NCBI GenBank assembly: GCA_028826165.1
Contig: JAPDFW010000064.1
Location: 484,099 to 548,098, forward strand
Direction of reading: 5' to 3'
Source of the DNA: Anaeramoeba ignava BMAN
Taxonomy: Eukaryota; Protista; Anaeramoebae
Length of the DNA stretch: 64,000 nt
The stretch's first letter is position 1. Every line of letters begins with the position of its first letter. Of the stretch, positions 1 to 14,397 are shown in pieces. The position numbers and the translations under genes were made by a program. Under the pieces are notes generated by a model that saw nothing but the letters and a program-made list of their open reading frames with translations, did not search any database and was not told the DNA's origin.

Positions 1-3000
1 AAGAGAAGTTCAGAAAGAATCAAGAAGTCGTTTTCGATATGAGCGAATAATTGATCAATTAATTGTTCTTTTCTTGGCTTGAAAATATAATCATTCATGA
101 TTTCAATGAAAGAACTCAAGAATTTAGGAGATAAAACCGCAACAAGAACAGCAGATAAATGAGTAAATAATCTAATTATCCTGAAAGTAACTGGATGCAT
201 TTGTCTGATTTTGAATCCTAGATTTGTATTTGGATTACAAGGAACAAAATAAGATCGAGCATTATCGAAGAAATGACTATTAACTTTGGATCCTTCCAAA
301 TTTTCATTGCAAAATTGGCAGATATTGTTTAATTGATTAAAAACTGGTAAATTCCAATTCAAATGCTTTGCTTTGCATACTTTCCATTTTGTTCGATTCT
401 TGAAATGCCATTTTGTAAATGGATATCCACCCATTGCTGGAAAATATATTTTCTGAATATTATGCGTCTCTTTTGAATAATTTTTAGAGACAAAATGGAA
501 TGAAAGTAATTTTGTAAATGGCTCAAGTTTGGATTTTGAAATGAGCTCCAATGTTAATATTGCTGGTTTTAAAAAGATTTCTTTTTTATCTTTGAAAATG
601 TTTTTCAGTTGCGATATATCTTTTCTTAAAAACCAAGAATCAATACTTTCTTGAGAATCTCTTTTATTTTTTGATTTTGATTTTGATTTTGATTTTGATT
701 TTTCAATTTCTGTTTGTTTTGCTTCATATAAATCAAATAGTGACTGATCTTCTTCTTTTTTTTTGGGTTTTTTTTGAGAATCACCTCTTTTTTTATTTTT
801 CATAATTGTTCTGATTAAAGAATTTTTCTTTTTATATGAAGAGAATTTTTCTTTCACAAATTCTCTGAGATGATCTCTTCCTCTTGCAATTTCAATCTGA
901 TAAAAAACGAATTTGAGCCATGGTTCCATATAATCTCTCATCAACATTTCTTTCATACCATCATCAATATCTTCAGGGTTTTTCATCAAGTCATTTCTTT
1001 TGTTTATAATTCTCACAACTTCTTCCAAATTATAATTTTGTTGATCCAAATTAATTTCCATATTCTCGTTCAAGTCCCAATTCTTACTTAAATTGTGTAA
1101 TATTTCCTCATTCTGAATCAGGAATTTGGATAAAGAAAGAAAAATAATGTCTGAGTTCTTGGTTTGTAAAATTTCATTAATAAAGTCCTTTGTTTTATCA
1201 AATTCCAAAGAAAAGATGTTATTTAGCAAAGGCGCAAAAATTAGATCAAAAACTTCATTTGGATTTTGATTATTCTTGTTTGTAAATGAAAATGAAAATA
1301 GAGTTCTTTGTTCAATACAAAAATCAACAAAGCTTTTCATTTTTTGAAAATTAAAAAATCCATTGAATTTATTATCAAATAAAAACCTTTCGAAAAGTAT
1401 ATTTCCATAAAATGAAAGGAAACGAGCAAATTGGAGTATTTTTTCAATCAGATCTTCGCGATATTTTTGAATGTCTTTTTTTTTTATTGCATGAAAATGC
1501 TTTCTTTTTTTGTGGAGTTTATGTTGACAAATTGGGCACTTTTCATTTTCATTTTCATTTTCATTTTCATTTAAATAAATTAAGGGTTTCTGTTTTGATT
1601 TTGGACAAATAACAAATTTTTTGTGATTGTGATCAGAATTAAACAAGTTATTGAGATATTCAACAGAAATGATATCCAACCTCATTTCATCCTTGATCCT
1701 TTTATAAGGAAGAGAAAATCCATTCATTTGGTGATTTTGTTGAGAAGATTTTGAGAGAAGAGTTTCTAATAAAGTGGGAGATAGATTCGCATTTCTGAGT
1801 TTTTGAATTTCCCAATTCTTGTATAAGTTCTTATATTTTTTACTTGATTCCCCTTTTTTGCATTCAATTTCGATGAAAAAACGAAATAAACTTTCAACAG
1901 AATCAACTTTAATTATCATTCTTGGATTTTTCTCATTGAAATTAGTAATCAATGTTTTCATAAATATTTGGAATGAAAAATAATCTTTTTGTTTTTCAGA
2001 AATGACAAGAGGAGATATTTCAATTAAATGATACAAATTTGGCAGGATTTGTTTAATAAATATATCGCAGGCTTTTTTCAAAGAAATTTCTTGGCAATTT
2101 TTTTCTTCTTTGCCCAAAATTTTTTTAATCCATAAAACAAAATCAATATTAAGTTTATCAAAATTCTCTTTTTGTTTTGTATCGAGCATTAATTTTGCCC
2201 AGTCTTGGAAATATTTTTGAATAAATGCATCCTCTTTTTCTTGTTTATTATGAGAAAATTTATTCATTCGGTTATTATCAAAAGGGTATGTAATCAGGGA
2301 AATTTTTGGGAAGAAATATTTTTCAACTGATTCTTTTTTATTGTTTTCGTTTTGGTTCTGTTTTTTTTGTTCATCAAATAGTAAAGAAAATATAATGGAA
2401 GAAAAATCTGCTTGCATTTCAAAGTTATGGCTATTGGGTGATTTAATTTCAAACCAAGGAACTTGAAATTTTTCAAATATTTTCCAAAAAACGGAATCAC
2501 GATTTTTCTTTCTCCTGTTTTTATGTTTTGATGACAATTCAGAAGTAGAAGTTGAAGATAATAATGCCAATAATAAATTGCCATTTAGATTAATGTTTGT
2601 GAAAAAGATGTGAATAATTTCAATCATTTTATCCATAAAATGCTCATAAATTAATTCATGAAAAGTTTTTTCTTTTTCTTTTTCTTTTTCTTTTTCTTTG
2701 AGTTGCTTCTGAAAAAAATCAGCAATATTGAATTTATAAATATAATGATTTTCTTTGATTCCATTTTGGATCATAGAACCAATTTTTGCAGTTATTAAAT
2801 CTTTCTTTAAAACCAAAAAGGATTCTTGAATAAAATTTACCAAATCAAAGTATTTTTCATGCATGAAAGAGAAATTTCTTGAAAGAATCAATCCAGCCAT
2901 ATTTTTCCATAAATCATCAAATTTATTTTCTTGCAAAAGAATAAAAAATGAAGAGAGATCATCTGGCAAGTTTTGCAGAGGGAGTTTGGGAAAAAGCTCT

Positions 3001-6000
3001 TCCACATAATAATGCTCCCAATTTTTCTCAAAACAAAAAGGAAATTCTTGTATTTTAGTATTTGAAGTGAGATGGATAACAAGTATGAAGTAGCATTGCT
3101 TCTTTTCCTTTTTAAAATGATTTGCAATATCAAAATTTGTTTTTTCAGTTTGACTTCGTTTTTCATTCTGGAGAATGATCTCATCCAAAATTAATTTGAA
3201 CTTGTAAAAATCCTCGGCTTGAGATTGAGTAAAATGAGCGAAAGTGACAATTTCTGTTTTATCAATTTTAGAAACAAGTTGATCAATTAATTTGTTGTCC
3301 ATTCCAAAACTTGTTTGGAAATTGATATTAATGAATGAATAAGAATTGTATTGCTCTTTTAAAAAGGGGTATTCGGATGCTTTTGTTCGTGTGAATATGA
3401 TAGAATTTTTGATTTTTTGATGAATAATTTCTTTTGTGAATAGATCATCGAAATTTTTGTAAAAAGAGTTGAAATATAAATCAATAATTTCTTGCACTTG
3501 TTTTGAATTTGAATTGGGTTTTTTTTTGTTTTTCAATAATTCTCGAATTTCAACCATTTTCTCAAATTTGCAGAATTGGATGAGTTTTTTTTTGATCAAA
3601 ATTTCGTTTTGTTCATATTTGAGAGTCAAAGAGATGGAGAGATTTGAATTAAATGCAACTATTAGTTCTTCTTTTGGGATTTTTTTGGGTTTAAATTTTC
3701 CAAATGGTTTCAAAATGGATTCCACATTTTGTATTATGTCTGCTTTCAAAGTGGAAACGGTTTTTTCCAAGAAAGAATGGTCAACAAAGTGTTTTTCAAA
3801 ACAATCCAAAAAATCTGGATGCTGGAGTTCGTATCTCAACGGGTTTGTCACAACAACAACTAATCTGAATCGCTTATTAACAGTGATTCTTCTTGTTTCG
3901 TTTTTCACAAAAAGATGTGTCGAAAAAATTCCATTTTCCTCGATACGAAATGAGCTGAATAACTGATAAATAAACGTATAAATTTCAGGATAATCAAAAA
4001 TAATCAAATTTTTGCCTTCAAACAAGCAATATTGGATAATACTCAAAGTGGAATTAAAATCTCCATCATCATTATCATAAAGACGATCTATTTTTTCTTC
4101 TAAATTTAACTTTTGTTGAGAAAAAGAGTTCATTAAAGATGGACGATAAAGCAAAATAGAATCAGAAAATAATTGATGAATTAGTGAAAAAATTGAAACA
4201 TCACTAAGAAACAACATGAGAGGACGCAAATCCCTCAAAATTTGAAAAGGAGAATCCTCCAGAGAATTATGGAAATCATTTAGATCTAATGATTTATCTA
4301 TTTTTTCTTGAAGAAGATTTGATAAATTCTGATTCTGGTATGTTTACGCTTGTTTTGCTTTTAAGTTTTGGGAAAAAATCTTCGAGACTTTTCTTTTCAA
4401 TTCCGAAATTAACAAATAGATACTTGTAAAAAACGTTGAGAAAATCTGTTTTTTTGTTTCTGATGAAGTTGAACCCAATGTCTTTGAGAAAGTAATAATA
4501 GTCTTGATTTCCATAAAACTTATTTTTCAATTCAATATTTTGTGATATTGATTTGAATTGTTCTGAAACAAATTGATTTTGATTCGCGATGATTTTGTGG
4601 AAATATGTCACGTATCGATCATATTCATTCGCAATTTGTTGTGAGAAAGAGTCCAAAATTTTCTTTGTTGTTGATTTCAATTCATTCTTGTTTATTGGAT
4701 CATGAATCAATGTAATTCCTGGTATTTCAAAGTCTATAATTGTATTTGTTATCAATATGATTGAGGGAGCAAAAATATCTTTTTGTTGATAAAATGGTTT
4801 AAAGTTATTGAATAATTCCCCAATTTCTGATTGCAAAATTGTCAAACTCTCTTTTTTTAAAATGTGAAAATTTTTCAAAATAATTACAGGAATTATTGAA
4901 TTTTGGATTCTTTCGTATTCTTTCTGGATATTTTTTAGTTCATCCAGGATATTATTAGCGGATATTGCTATTGAGCATGCAATTTCAATTTTTTTCATTT
5001 CAATTTTTTTCATTTCAATTTGATTTTGAATTTGATTTTGATTTTGATTTTGAATTTGAATTTGATTTTGATTTTGATTTTGATTTTGAATTTGATTTTG
5101 ATTTTGATTTTGATTTTGATTTTGATTTTGATTTTGATTTTGATTTTGATTTTGATTTTGATTTTCATTCTCATTTCTTGGTTTGCAAGCATCTAAAATG
5201 ATTTGGAGAGCAGTTGATTTTGATGTTCCTAATAATAAAATAAAATAAAATATTTCTCTTTTTTTTAATATTATTATTATTATTGTTATATCAAATCAAT
5301 TTACCTGAAGAACCAATAATCATTAAAGATGTTCCTGTCATACAAGCAATAAAAATGAATAATAAATTTTCTTTCAAATTACTGTTTGTGCAAATATGAG
5401 TTTTGGATAAATTCACTCCCAAAAATGACAATAAGTTTTGAATGATTTTCTCAATGATTTGTTGATATTCCTTTTTTGAAGATGTATCGAGGATTTTGTT
5501 TTGCATATATGGATTAATTAAAGGTTGAATCTTTTGGAAAAGAACAGATTTGTAATTTTGTTTGAATTTGGAAGAATATACAAGATATAAAGATAACAAA
5601 AGAGCTGAGGAAATTAGATCTTGAGTTTGTTTTTTCTTAATCAACACTTTTCCAATTTCAGATTGAACTAACCATTGGAATATGATGAGAAAATTAGAAG
5701 CATTTTGCAATAACCGAGAAGAGTTATACTTTGATTTGAAATTTGCAATGAGATTTTCCTCGAGATTGACGATTGTATCAGAAATATTTTCGCAAAGAGT
5801 TTTCACTTCTGTTTTTGTAAAAGGTTCCGGGAATTGGATTTTTTTTTGAAGAGTTTGTGTAATCATCAGTAATAAATAAGATTTTCTTTCTTCTTGATCG
5901 AAATCACCAAAATCGTACATTTCATCCAAAAATGATTGTGGGATTTGCTTTATATACTGGATTTGCTCTTGATTAGGATTTTTTGGGTTATTTTCAAAAT

Positions 6001-9000
6001 AGTTTATTGAGGCCAAGAAACGAAGATTTTCTGGAAGCTTTTTCGCATTGAAAGAATGGGTGAATAGAATTTCTTTGAATGAAAAAGTCAGACTTTTGGG
6101 TGCTTGATGAAAATTATAAAACAAAATGTTGAGTTGCGAATTCTTATTTCTGGTTGCTATTTTCTCTGCTTCACGGAGTATTTTCACCATTTCTATTTTT
6201 TTAAATTGTGGATGAACGTGATAAAAAAGCAATTTTTGATTGAGAATTTCTTCAAAAAAATAGCGGATTAAAACCCTTTTCTCATAAGTTTGTCTGAAAT
6301 AAAAAATAACAGGTAGTTTTGCAAGTAATCGGAATTGCAAATGAACTATTTTTGCTAAATCATAATTTGTCAGGAATAAAGACTCTTTATTTTTCTCGAA
6401 AATCCTTGATTTTTCTGTTCTTATTTGCATGAAACCTTTGTGTAATGCTCCAAAAACGGAGAAGATATCATTTTCAGAGATTTCACAAATTTCTTTTTGT
6501 GAAGTTGTGAAAATTGTAAGCATTTCTTTTTGGAGAAGGAAATCTTGTACATTTTGAGGGATTTTGCTGAGAAAATCTGTGCAATCTCCGATCAGAAAAA
6601 TTTTGAAAAAAGTCTTTGATATAAGAAAGGGAGCAACAAAACATAATTTTCTTGATTTCCATTCATTGATTTCTTTCAACACAGAAAATATGTCTTGAAT
6701 TTTCTTGAATTGCGGGTTTTCTTGTATTTTAAGGAAGTTTGGTTGAGTAATTGCAATATTGATCAGAGAATCCAAATAGGCATTAAGGAAAGGAGACATA
6801 AATTCATTTAGAATTTCTTCATTTTGGAAATATTCTTTGATTTTATTTGGAACAAGTATCAAATGCGAGAAAAATGGCAGATCCAATTGATAAAAGAGAA
6901 GTGAATAGAAATCAGAAAGGATCTTGGGAGTTAACGGGTGTTCTTTTAAATGATGAGAAATTTTCTGTTGGAAAAAGCTGAAAATTGTGTTTCTTTCTTG
7001 ATGTAATTGAGCATTATTATTTTCATTGTTGCCATTTTGGTTATTGATTAATTTGATAAGTTGATTTAATTGATTGATTTTTTCTTTTTGTTTGTCTTTA
7101 TTTTGGAGAATTTGATGAATGATAATGTTTTGAGTAGAAGAGTCTTGATAACTATTATCGCTTTGATTTAAAGTGAAGTATTTTAATGCAGAGAAATTCA
7201 TTAATATATCTATTTCTTGTGATGTTTGAATTTTGTTTGGTATTTCGAATGCAATAAAATTTGATTGAGAAAGTTTCCAAATGGAGTTTTGAGAAGAATC
7301 TCTTTTGTTTTCAACTAAATTCCACATTGAAAGAGTCCAGAGGAAATCGAATGTTTCCAATTTGGGATGCAAAGGCAGTTCTATGTGGAAAAAATAATGA
7401 GCATTTTGGTTATTTGCAAAACGATTCATTTTGGTAATTAACTCATATGGTGATCCTTCTGAAAGAAAAATATTGATGTAAATCAATTGGTGATCTTGTA
7501 AGGATTTCTCTAAGAATAACGAATGTATCTGCGTTGATTTCCCCATTTTTGAATATTTGGAGGTGAATATTTGGATATTTTTGCTTCTGGTTTGGTCTTT
7601 TTGGAAAATGGATTGGAATTTCTCTTTTGAAAAAGTCTCCATTGAATTTTTAACAGGAAAATTTGGGAAATGATAAACCAAGGGAAAAGTACCCAAAATG
7701 TTTTCGTGATAGAATATTATCATTGAGAAATGAATTTTATGCTTTATTTCTCTCAATTTTTGGATGAAGAATTCCAGGCATTGTTTCGATAATTTTTCTG
7801 CATGAAGAACAGAAAAGAGAAAGTTTCCTTTTTGTGATTTTGTATTGTATATTTGATAAACAGAAAAGAATTTTTCAATATCAGATCTTGTTGTTGATTG
7901 AGAATCACAAATCAAAACATTTTCTCTAAGAGGAAACTTGCAGCAATATCCCAGATAGAGTGATGTGATAATATCGTAAATTTGGAGTTCTTCTTCCAAT
8001 TGATAAAAACAAATTGTGTATTATTTTGTGCTTTCTTGAACATGTTCTTGATGAAATTGTATTTTTGTGAATTTTTGGAAATTGGATTCTCAACAGAAAC
8101 TATTCTTGATTTTGTTGATTGAGATAATTTATCAATTTTGAAAACACTATCCAAAAGTTGGACAAATGAAGTAAGGTTTAATTTTTTCAAGTTTTGGAAA
8201 AGCAACAATTTCTTGAATTGCATAATTTTGGGTATGTGTATATCGGAAAAGGCACAAGAAAAAAGGTAAAGTAATTGAGAAGAAGGAATAGGGTTGTGAA
8301 TGTTTAAAAACTCGTTTGCAATAAAAAAGAATTGTTCTTTTGAAAAAATGGAAAAAATCAAATATTGCGACGAAATTTGAGAGACTTCGTTATCCCATTC
8401 TTCAAGTTTGCGATTCAATTTCTGTTTTTGTTGTGCCAATTTTGTGAGGAATTGGTCAATTTTATCAGTAAACTCATATTCAATGATAGATTCGTAGATG
8501 TTCGCAAAATCGATATAATAAGATTTTTTCAATTGTTTACATATTTGAGAAATTTGATCAATAATCGGGAAAATTTGTTGGAATGATTTAATGAATAACT
8601 GGATTGAAGATGATTCTTGACTGAAATCAAGAATATTGCAAATGCGGTAGATTTGAGAAAAATTGGAAAAGGTATATTCTGTTAGATCCTTTTCATTTAG
8701 TGTGCATATGAAAGATGTGATTTTTCTTGGAAAATAATTGAAAATGAGATTGAAATTATGATCTTTAAAAATAAGCGACAATTTTCGAATGATGACTTTT
8801 TTAATAGAGACCCAATTTTTGTTGACTAAATTAGAAATTTGAGGTGTAATTTTAACAAGATTTTCGAAATGAGACATAAAGTTAATATTCTTTTTTAGTA
8901 GTAAGGATTTAACCAAACTAGAAAATGATTCAAAGGGAGACGCCGAATAAACAACATCTTTGATGATATTTCTGAAGCTAGAAATTTGCTGAATAATATA

Positions 9001-11766
9001 CTCAGAATAATTTAGAGATTGAAGAAAAACCGCGAAATCTTGTTCCACTTTAAACTGACTAAAGATGGTGACTAATTGATAGAAGATATACAAATATGTA
9101 TCAGAGGAAAAGAGGTTCTGTTGAGCGTATAAAGCCTCTTCCAGTATTTGCGATAAATTGGGTAATTCCTGTAGTTGTCTTTGATTTTGCCAAAAATTTG
9201 AGAAAAAATTTGAATATCTTTCGAATGAAAATTTGAAACAAGAGAAAAAATAAACAGTTTCGTTCCATAATGACTCCATCTTTTTCTTGTATTCTTTGTA
9301 ACTAATGATTTGCTTGACGATTTCCGTTATTTGATTTTCGGGTTTTTTCTCTTTATTGAGAAAATTTATTAACGAAGTCAGAGAACTTTGAATATCTTGA
9401 TTTTCTATTTTGTTGAAGAGGTTATTGAGTCTTTGGAAAGTGATTTCCTTTGTAAAAATTGATTCCAAATTGATTTTTTCTTGAAGAAACGATGATAATT
9501 TGTCTTGGAAGTCATGAATAGAAACGGGAGGATTATTGATCATAATTGGAAGAAATTCCAAAAGAAGTAAAGATTGTGAAATTTTGTTTTTCTGTAAATA
9601 AAAAATATTTTTCAAAACAGATTCATCGAAAGAAGAGGTTTGAATTTGATTTTCAAGTTCTTTGAGTGAATATTTCTCAGCAATTTCAAGTTTTTCCATT
9701 GATGCAATTAATTCTTGAGTATTTTGACTTCCATAATCAAAAATGAAAGTGATATTATCAATTTTTTCTTGATTAACTTCATCGAATGGCACATTTTCTC
9801 TAAGCCATTTAAAGCAATCTTTTTTTTCTGAAAATTGGTTGTATTTAGCTTCTATATCTTGGAAGTTTTTGTTAGCTATTTCCCATATTGTTAAATAGAA
9901 ATGGGAATTTTGAATAATTGACTGGAGTTGAAGAAAAGAAAGATTGAGACTTTCTGTTTTGGAAACAAATTCCATGATATTTTTTTTGTAATTTCTAACT
10001 TCTTCATAATATTGAAATAAAATGATTTTGTTATCAATTTGCTCTATCCATTTAAAGAGAAGGATCCAATATGGATGTTTTCTTTCTTTTAATTCCAAGT
10101 ATTTGAGGAAATAGTCAACAGAATTTGGGTTTTTTTCTTTGAATTTTTTAACAAATAGATCCCATAGTTGAATTTGGAGATTTCGTGAAAGTTGTTTTAA
10201 GTGATTTTTTTCATCGAATTGGATACTTTCTGTGTCCAAATTTTCTGCCTTTTCGTTGAGAAATTCAAGAAGAAATTTTCTCAAGAAGTAAGGATATTGA
10301 TCAACATATAAAAATAATTTTGTGTCTTGGAAATGAAGAATCCATTCTCTTGGTGTATATTTTGGAGAAAATTGTGTTCGAAATGAAGTAATAATAACTT
10401 CCTTCATTAGTGATAAGAAATTTCGAATATTTTCATTATTTTCATTATTTTGAATATTTTGATTATTTTCATTATTTTCATTATTTTCATTATTTTCATT
10501 ATTTTCATTATTTTGATTATTTTGATTATTTTCATTATTTTCATTATTTTGAATATTTTTATTATTTTCATTATTTTGATTATTTTGATTATTTTCATTA
10601 TTTTCATTAATTTGATTATTTTCATTAATTTGATTATTTTCATTATTTTCATTATTTTCATTAATTTGAATATTTTCATTATTTTCATTAATTAATTGCT
10701 TGACCTTCTTGTAAATTTGTGACCAAAATAAACAAAAATCAATGAAACTATCAAAATTAAATTTCGGAATTAGCTGAAAAAGAGGAATTCTCAGGTTTTT
10801 ATAAATAAAAACTCTTAGTAATTTTGAATCAACAGCTAAATGTTCGAAAAAAAGCTTGGTTAATTTCTGTGAATGCAAATAAACTCTCTCATCAAACAAC
10901 TTGAGCAAAGTGTAGAAAAAATCATCAGGTTCAGGTTCTTTGAGAAAAAACACAATCAATTGATCCAAAACTTTTCTTTCATCCAACATTTCAAATTTCT
11001 TGGTATTATTTATCGATTGTGATTTAATAAGAAAAACAAATATGGAAACTATATAAGAATCACCAACATTATAAAGTATTTTTTCAAAAAATGAGAAGAA
11101 AAACTCTCTCATTTCCTTTAAATAGGTATTTTCTTCTTTTGAAAAATCTTGGATAACACCAAAGAATTTGGGAAGAAAATCAGATCCTGAAATTTTGTAA
11201 AAAAATTGGAAATCAAACGAGCTGCAATACATCATTAAGAAAAAATGGGCAAGTAAATAACTGTATGGATGTTTGGTTTTTGCATCAAATGGAAGGGACT
11301 TAAAAAAACGATCCAAAACAACATATATAAATTCATTAAATCTTATTTTTTTTGGCTTGAAAAATTTTTTCCTGAATTCTTGGATTGCTTGATAATATAA
11401 TTTGAATCGAATGTTGATTAAGTTGTTTTCAGGAACAACTTCTTTTTGAATAATTGCATTTAAAAAGTCGATCAAAATGTCTTGGTTTAATTTTTGCTTT
11501 GTGATGAAATAGAAAGCATGGTCAGATTGCGATTCTGAGTTATTAAATACAAATCCTTTCTTTCTAAATGATGGAATTTTAATATCAAAAAAATAATTGG
11601 TTTTTGGAAGCGGGTTAAATAACCAACAACTAAACCAAACATGTGAATTTTCTTCTACTTTTATCATTTCAAGTTCTTTTGTTTTTGTTTCTATTATTGG
11701 TATTATGTTTGAATCTGTTAATTTTACATATACATAAACATGAAGATATTTATCTTTTTGTTCCAT
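1..11766 (-). CDS. RNF213: RNF213/mysterin-like giant AAA+ protein with a degenerate RZ finger; ~3900 aa in the window, 3' end beyond the left edge. Intron 5229-5304; probable indels near 8005 and 4320
   Basis: ORFs 7912-11766, 5291-7999 and 4294-5013, plus an unlisted frame from ~4345 to position 1 (spot-translated, same frame at both ends). Motifs in RNF213 order: ENVLICDSQSTT, SKYSKMGKST, LPVIFYFRQTYEKR, MIIGSSG^TSKS (across the intron), VNKRFRLVVV...DCFEKHFV, YFPAM, VCKAKH...CQFC, RQMHPVTFRIIRLFTHL. Confidence 0.75.
5014..5170 (-). repeat. (AATCAA)n microsatellite encoding an NQ tract just after the AAA4 Walker A of the RNF213-like gene
   Basis: Hexamer repeat; in frame between the exon start at 5228 and the ATG at 5013. 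Confidence 0.9.
10420..10690 (-). repeat. 9-nt coding microsatellite (NNE/NNQ tract) in the RNF213-like gene
   Basis: Repeating attattttc/attattttg units on the + strand. Confidence 0.9.
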
Positions 11767-12357
11767 TTATTTTTTTTTAATAAGAAAAGAAAAGAAAAAA
11801 ATGAAAAAAATTAAAACAAGAAAAAAAATTAAAACAATTTAAAATAATTAATTCCACTTTTTTTTAAATATATTTTATTAATAAATATTTTATTAAATTT
11901 AATTATAAGTATTTATATTTTTATTTAAAATATTTTATTCCACTTTTTTTTGATTATATTTTATTAATAATTATTTTATTAAATTTAATTATAAATATTT
12001 ATATTTTAATTTAAAATATTTTATTCCACTTTTTTTAAATATATTTTATTAATAATTATTTTATTAAATTTAATTATAAATATTTATATTTTAATTTAAA
12101 ATATTTTATTACATTAATTATTTTATTAAATTTAATTATAAATATTTATATTTTAATTATAAATATTTTTAAAATTAAATTTTAAAAATGAAAATAAATT
12201 AAATAATAAATCAAAATTAATTAAAAAATTAAATAAAAAATTAATTAAAAAAATTAAATAAAAAAATAATAAAAAAAAAATTAAAAATAATATTTATAAA
12301 CCTAAAATTTTTTGTTTTAAAAAATAAGAAAAAAAGAAAAATATTTAAATTAAAAAA

Positions 12358-12430
12358 GGTCGTTTAGCTCAGTCGGTAGAGCGCTGTGCTAATAACGCAG
12401 ATGTCACTGGTTCGAACCCAGTATCGACCA
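12358..12430 (+). tRNA. tRNA-Ile (anticodon AAT), copy 1
   Basis: 73-nt cloverleaf: A box TAGCTCAGTCGG, anticodon arm CTGTG-CTAATAA-CGCAG, B box GGTTCGAAC, discriminator A, then an oligo-T terminator. Confidence 0.97.
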
Positions 12431-14324
12431 TTTATTTTTTTTATTTTTTTTTTATACTTTTTTTTTAAATTAAATTTAATTAACATTTATTAATAATTAT
12501 TTTATTAATTTTAATTATAAATATTTATATTTTTATTTAAAATATTTTATTCCACTTTTTTTGATTATTTTTATTAATAAATATTTTATTTAATTTAATT
12601 ATAAATATTTATATTTTTATTTAAAATATTTTATTCCACTTTTTTTAAATATATTTTATTAATAATTATTTTATTAAATTTAATTATAAATATTTATATT
12701 TTTATTTAAAATATTTTATTCCACTTTTTTTAAATATATTTTATTAATAATAAATACATTAAATTTAATTATAAATAATTATATATTTTATTCCACTTTT
12801 TAAATATATTTTTATTAATAATTATTTTATTAAATTTAATTATAAATATTTATATTTTAATTTAAATTATTTTATTCCACTTTTTATTATATTTTATTAA
12901 TAATTATTTTTATTTAATTTAATTATAAATATTTATATTTTTATTTAAATTATTTTATTCCACTTTTTTTAAATATATTTTATTAATAATTATTTTATTA
13001 AATTTAATTATAAATATTTATATTTTAATTTTAAAATATTTTATTCCACTTTTTGATTATATTTTATTAATAATTATTTTATTAAATATATAATTATAAA
13101 TAATTATATTTTTATTTAAAATATTTTATTCCACTTTTTTAAATATATTTTATTAATAATTATTTTTATTAAATTTAATTATAAATATTTATATTTTAAT
13201 TTTAAAATATTTTATTCCACTTTTTAAATATATTTTATTTAATAATTTTTTTTAAATATAATTATAAATATTTATATTTTAATTTAAAATATTTTATTCC
13301 ACTTTTTAAATATATTTTATTAATAATTATTTTTTAATTTTAATTATAAATATTTATATTTTAATTTAAAATATTTTATTCCACTTTTTAAATATATTTT
13401 ATTAATAAATATTTTATTAAATTTAATTATAAAATAATTATATTTTAATTTTAAATTATTTTATTCCACTTTTTAAATATATTTTTATTAATAATTATTT
13501 TATTAAATTTTAATTATAAATATTTATATTTTTATTTAAAATATTTTATTCCACTTTTTTTAAATATATTTTATTAATAATTATTTTATTAAATTTAATT
13601 ATAAATATTTATATTTTTAATTTAAAATATTTTATTCCACTTTTTAAATATATTTTATTAATAATTATTTTATTAAATTTAATTATAAATATTTATATTT
13701 TTATTTAAAATATTTAATTCCACTTTTTTTAAATATATTTTATTAATAATTATTTTATTAAATTTAATTATAAATATTTATATTTTAATTTAAAATATTT
13801 TATTCCACTTTTTAATTATTTTATTAATAAATATTTTTTAATTTTAATTTAAATATTTATATTTTTAATTTAAAATATTTTATTCCACTTTTTAAATATA
13901 TTTTATTAATAATTATTTTATTAAATTTAATTATAAATATTTATATTTTTATTTAAAATATTTTATTCTACTTTTTTTAAATATATTTTATTAATAATTA
14001 TTTTATTAAATTTAATTATAAATATTTATATTTTAATTTAAAATATTTTATTCCACTTTTTTTAATTAACATTTATTAATAATTATTTTATTAAATTTAA
14101 TTATGAATATTTATATTTTAATTATAAATATTTTTAAAATTAAATTTTAAAAATGAAAATAAATCAAATAATAAATCAAAATTAATTTAAAAATTAAATA
14201 AAAAATTAATTAAAAAAATTAAATAAAAATTTAAATAAAAAAAAAATTAAAAATAATATTTATAAACCTAAAATTTTTAGTTTTAAAAAATAAGAAAAAA
14301 AGAAAAAAAATTTAAATTAAAAAA

Positions 14325-14397
14325 GGTCGTTTAGCTCAGTCGGTAGAGCGCTGTGCTAATAACGCAGATGTCACTGGTTCGAACCCAGTATCGACCA
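14325..14397 (+). tRNA. tRNA-Ile (anticodon AAT), copy 2, identical to copy 1
   Basis: Same 73 nt; ~240 bp of upstream and ~60 bp of downstream flank are also duplicated. Confidence 0.97.

Noticed and set aside
870-3966. Small ORFs on both strands at the left end
   Set aside because: They are shadows of the long minus-strand RNF213-like frame that runs off the window.
4329-4347. Possible 19-nt (or 13-nt) micro-intron GTAAAC...CAG on the minus strand that would repair the RNF213-like frameshift
   Set aside because: All other introns are at least 59 nt, more AT-rich and never end in CAG. A one-base indel is simpler; RNA-seq would settle it.
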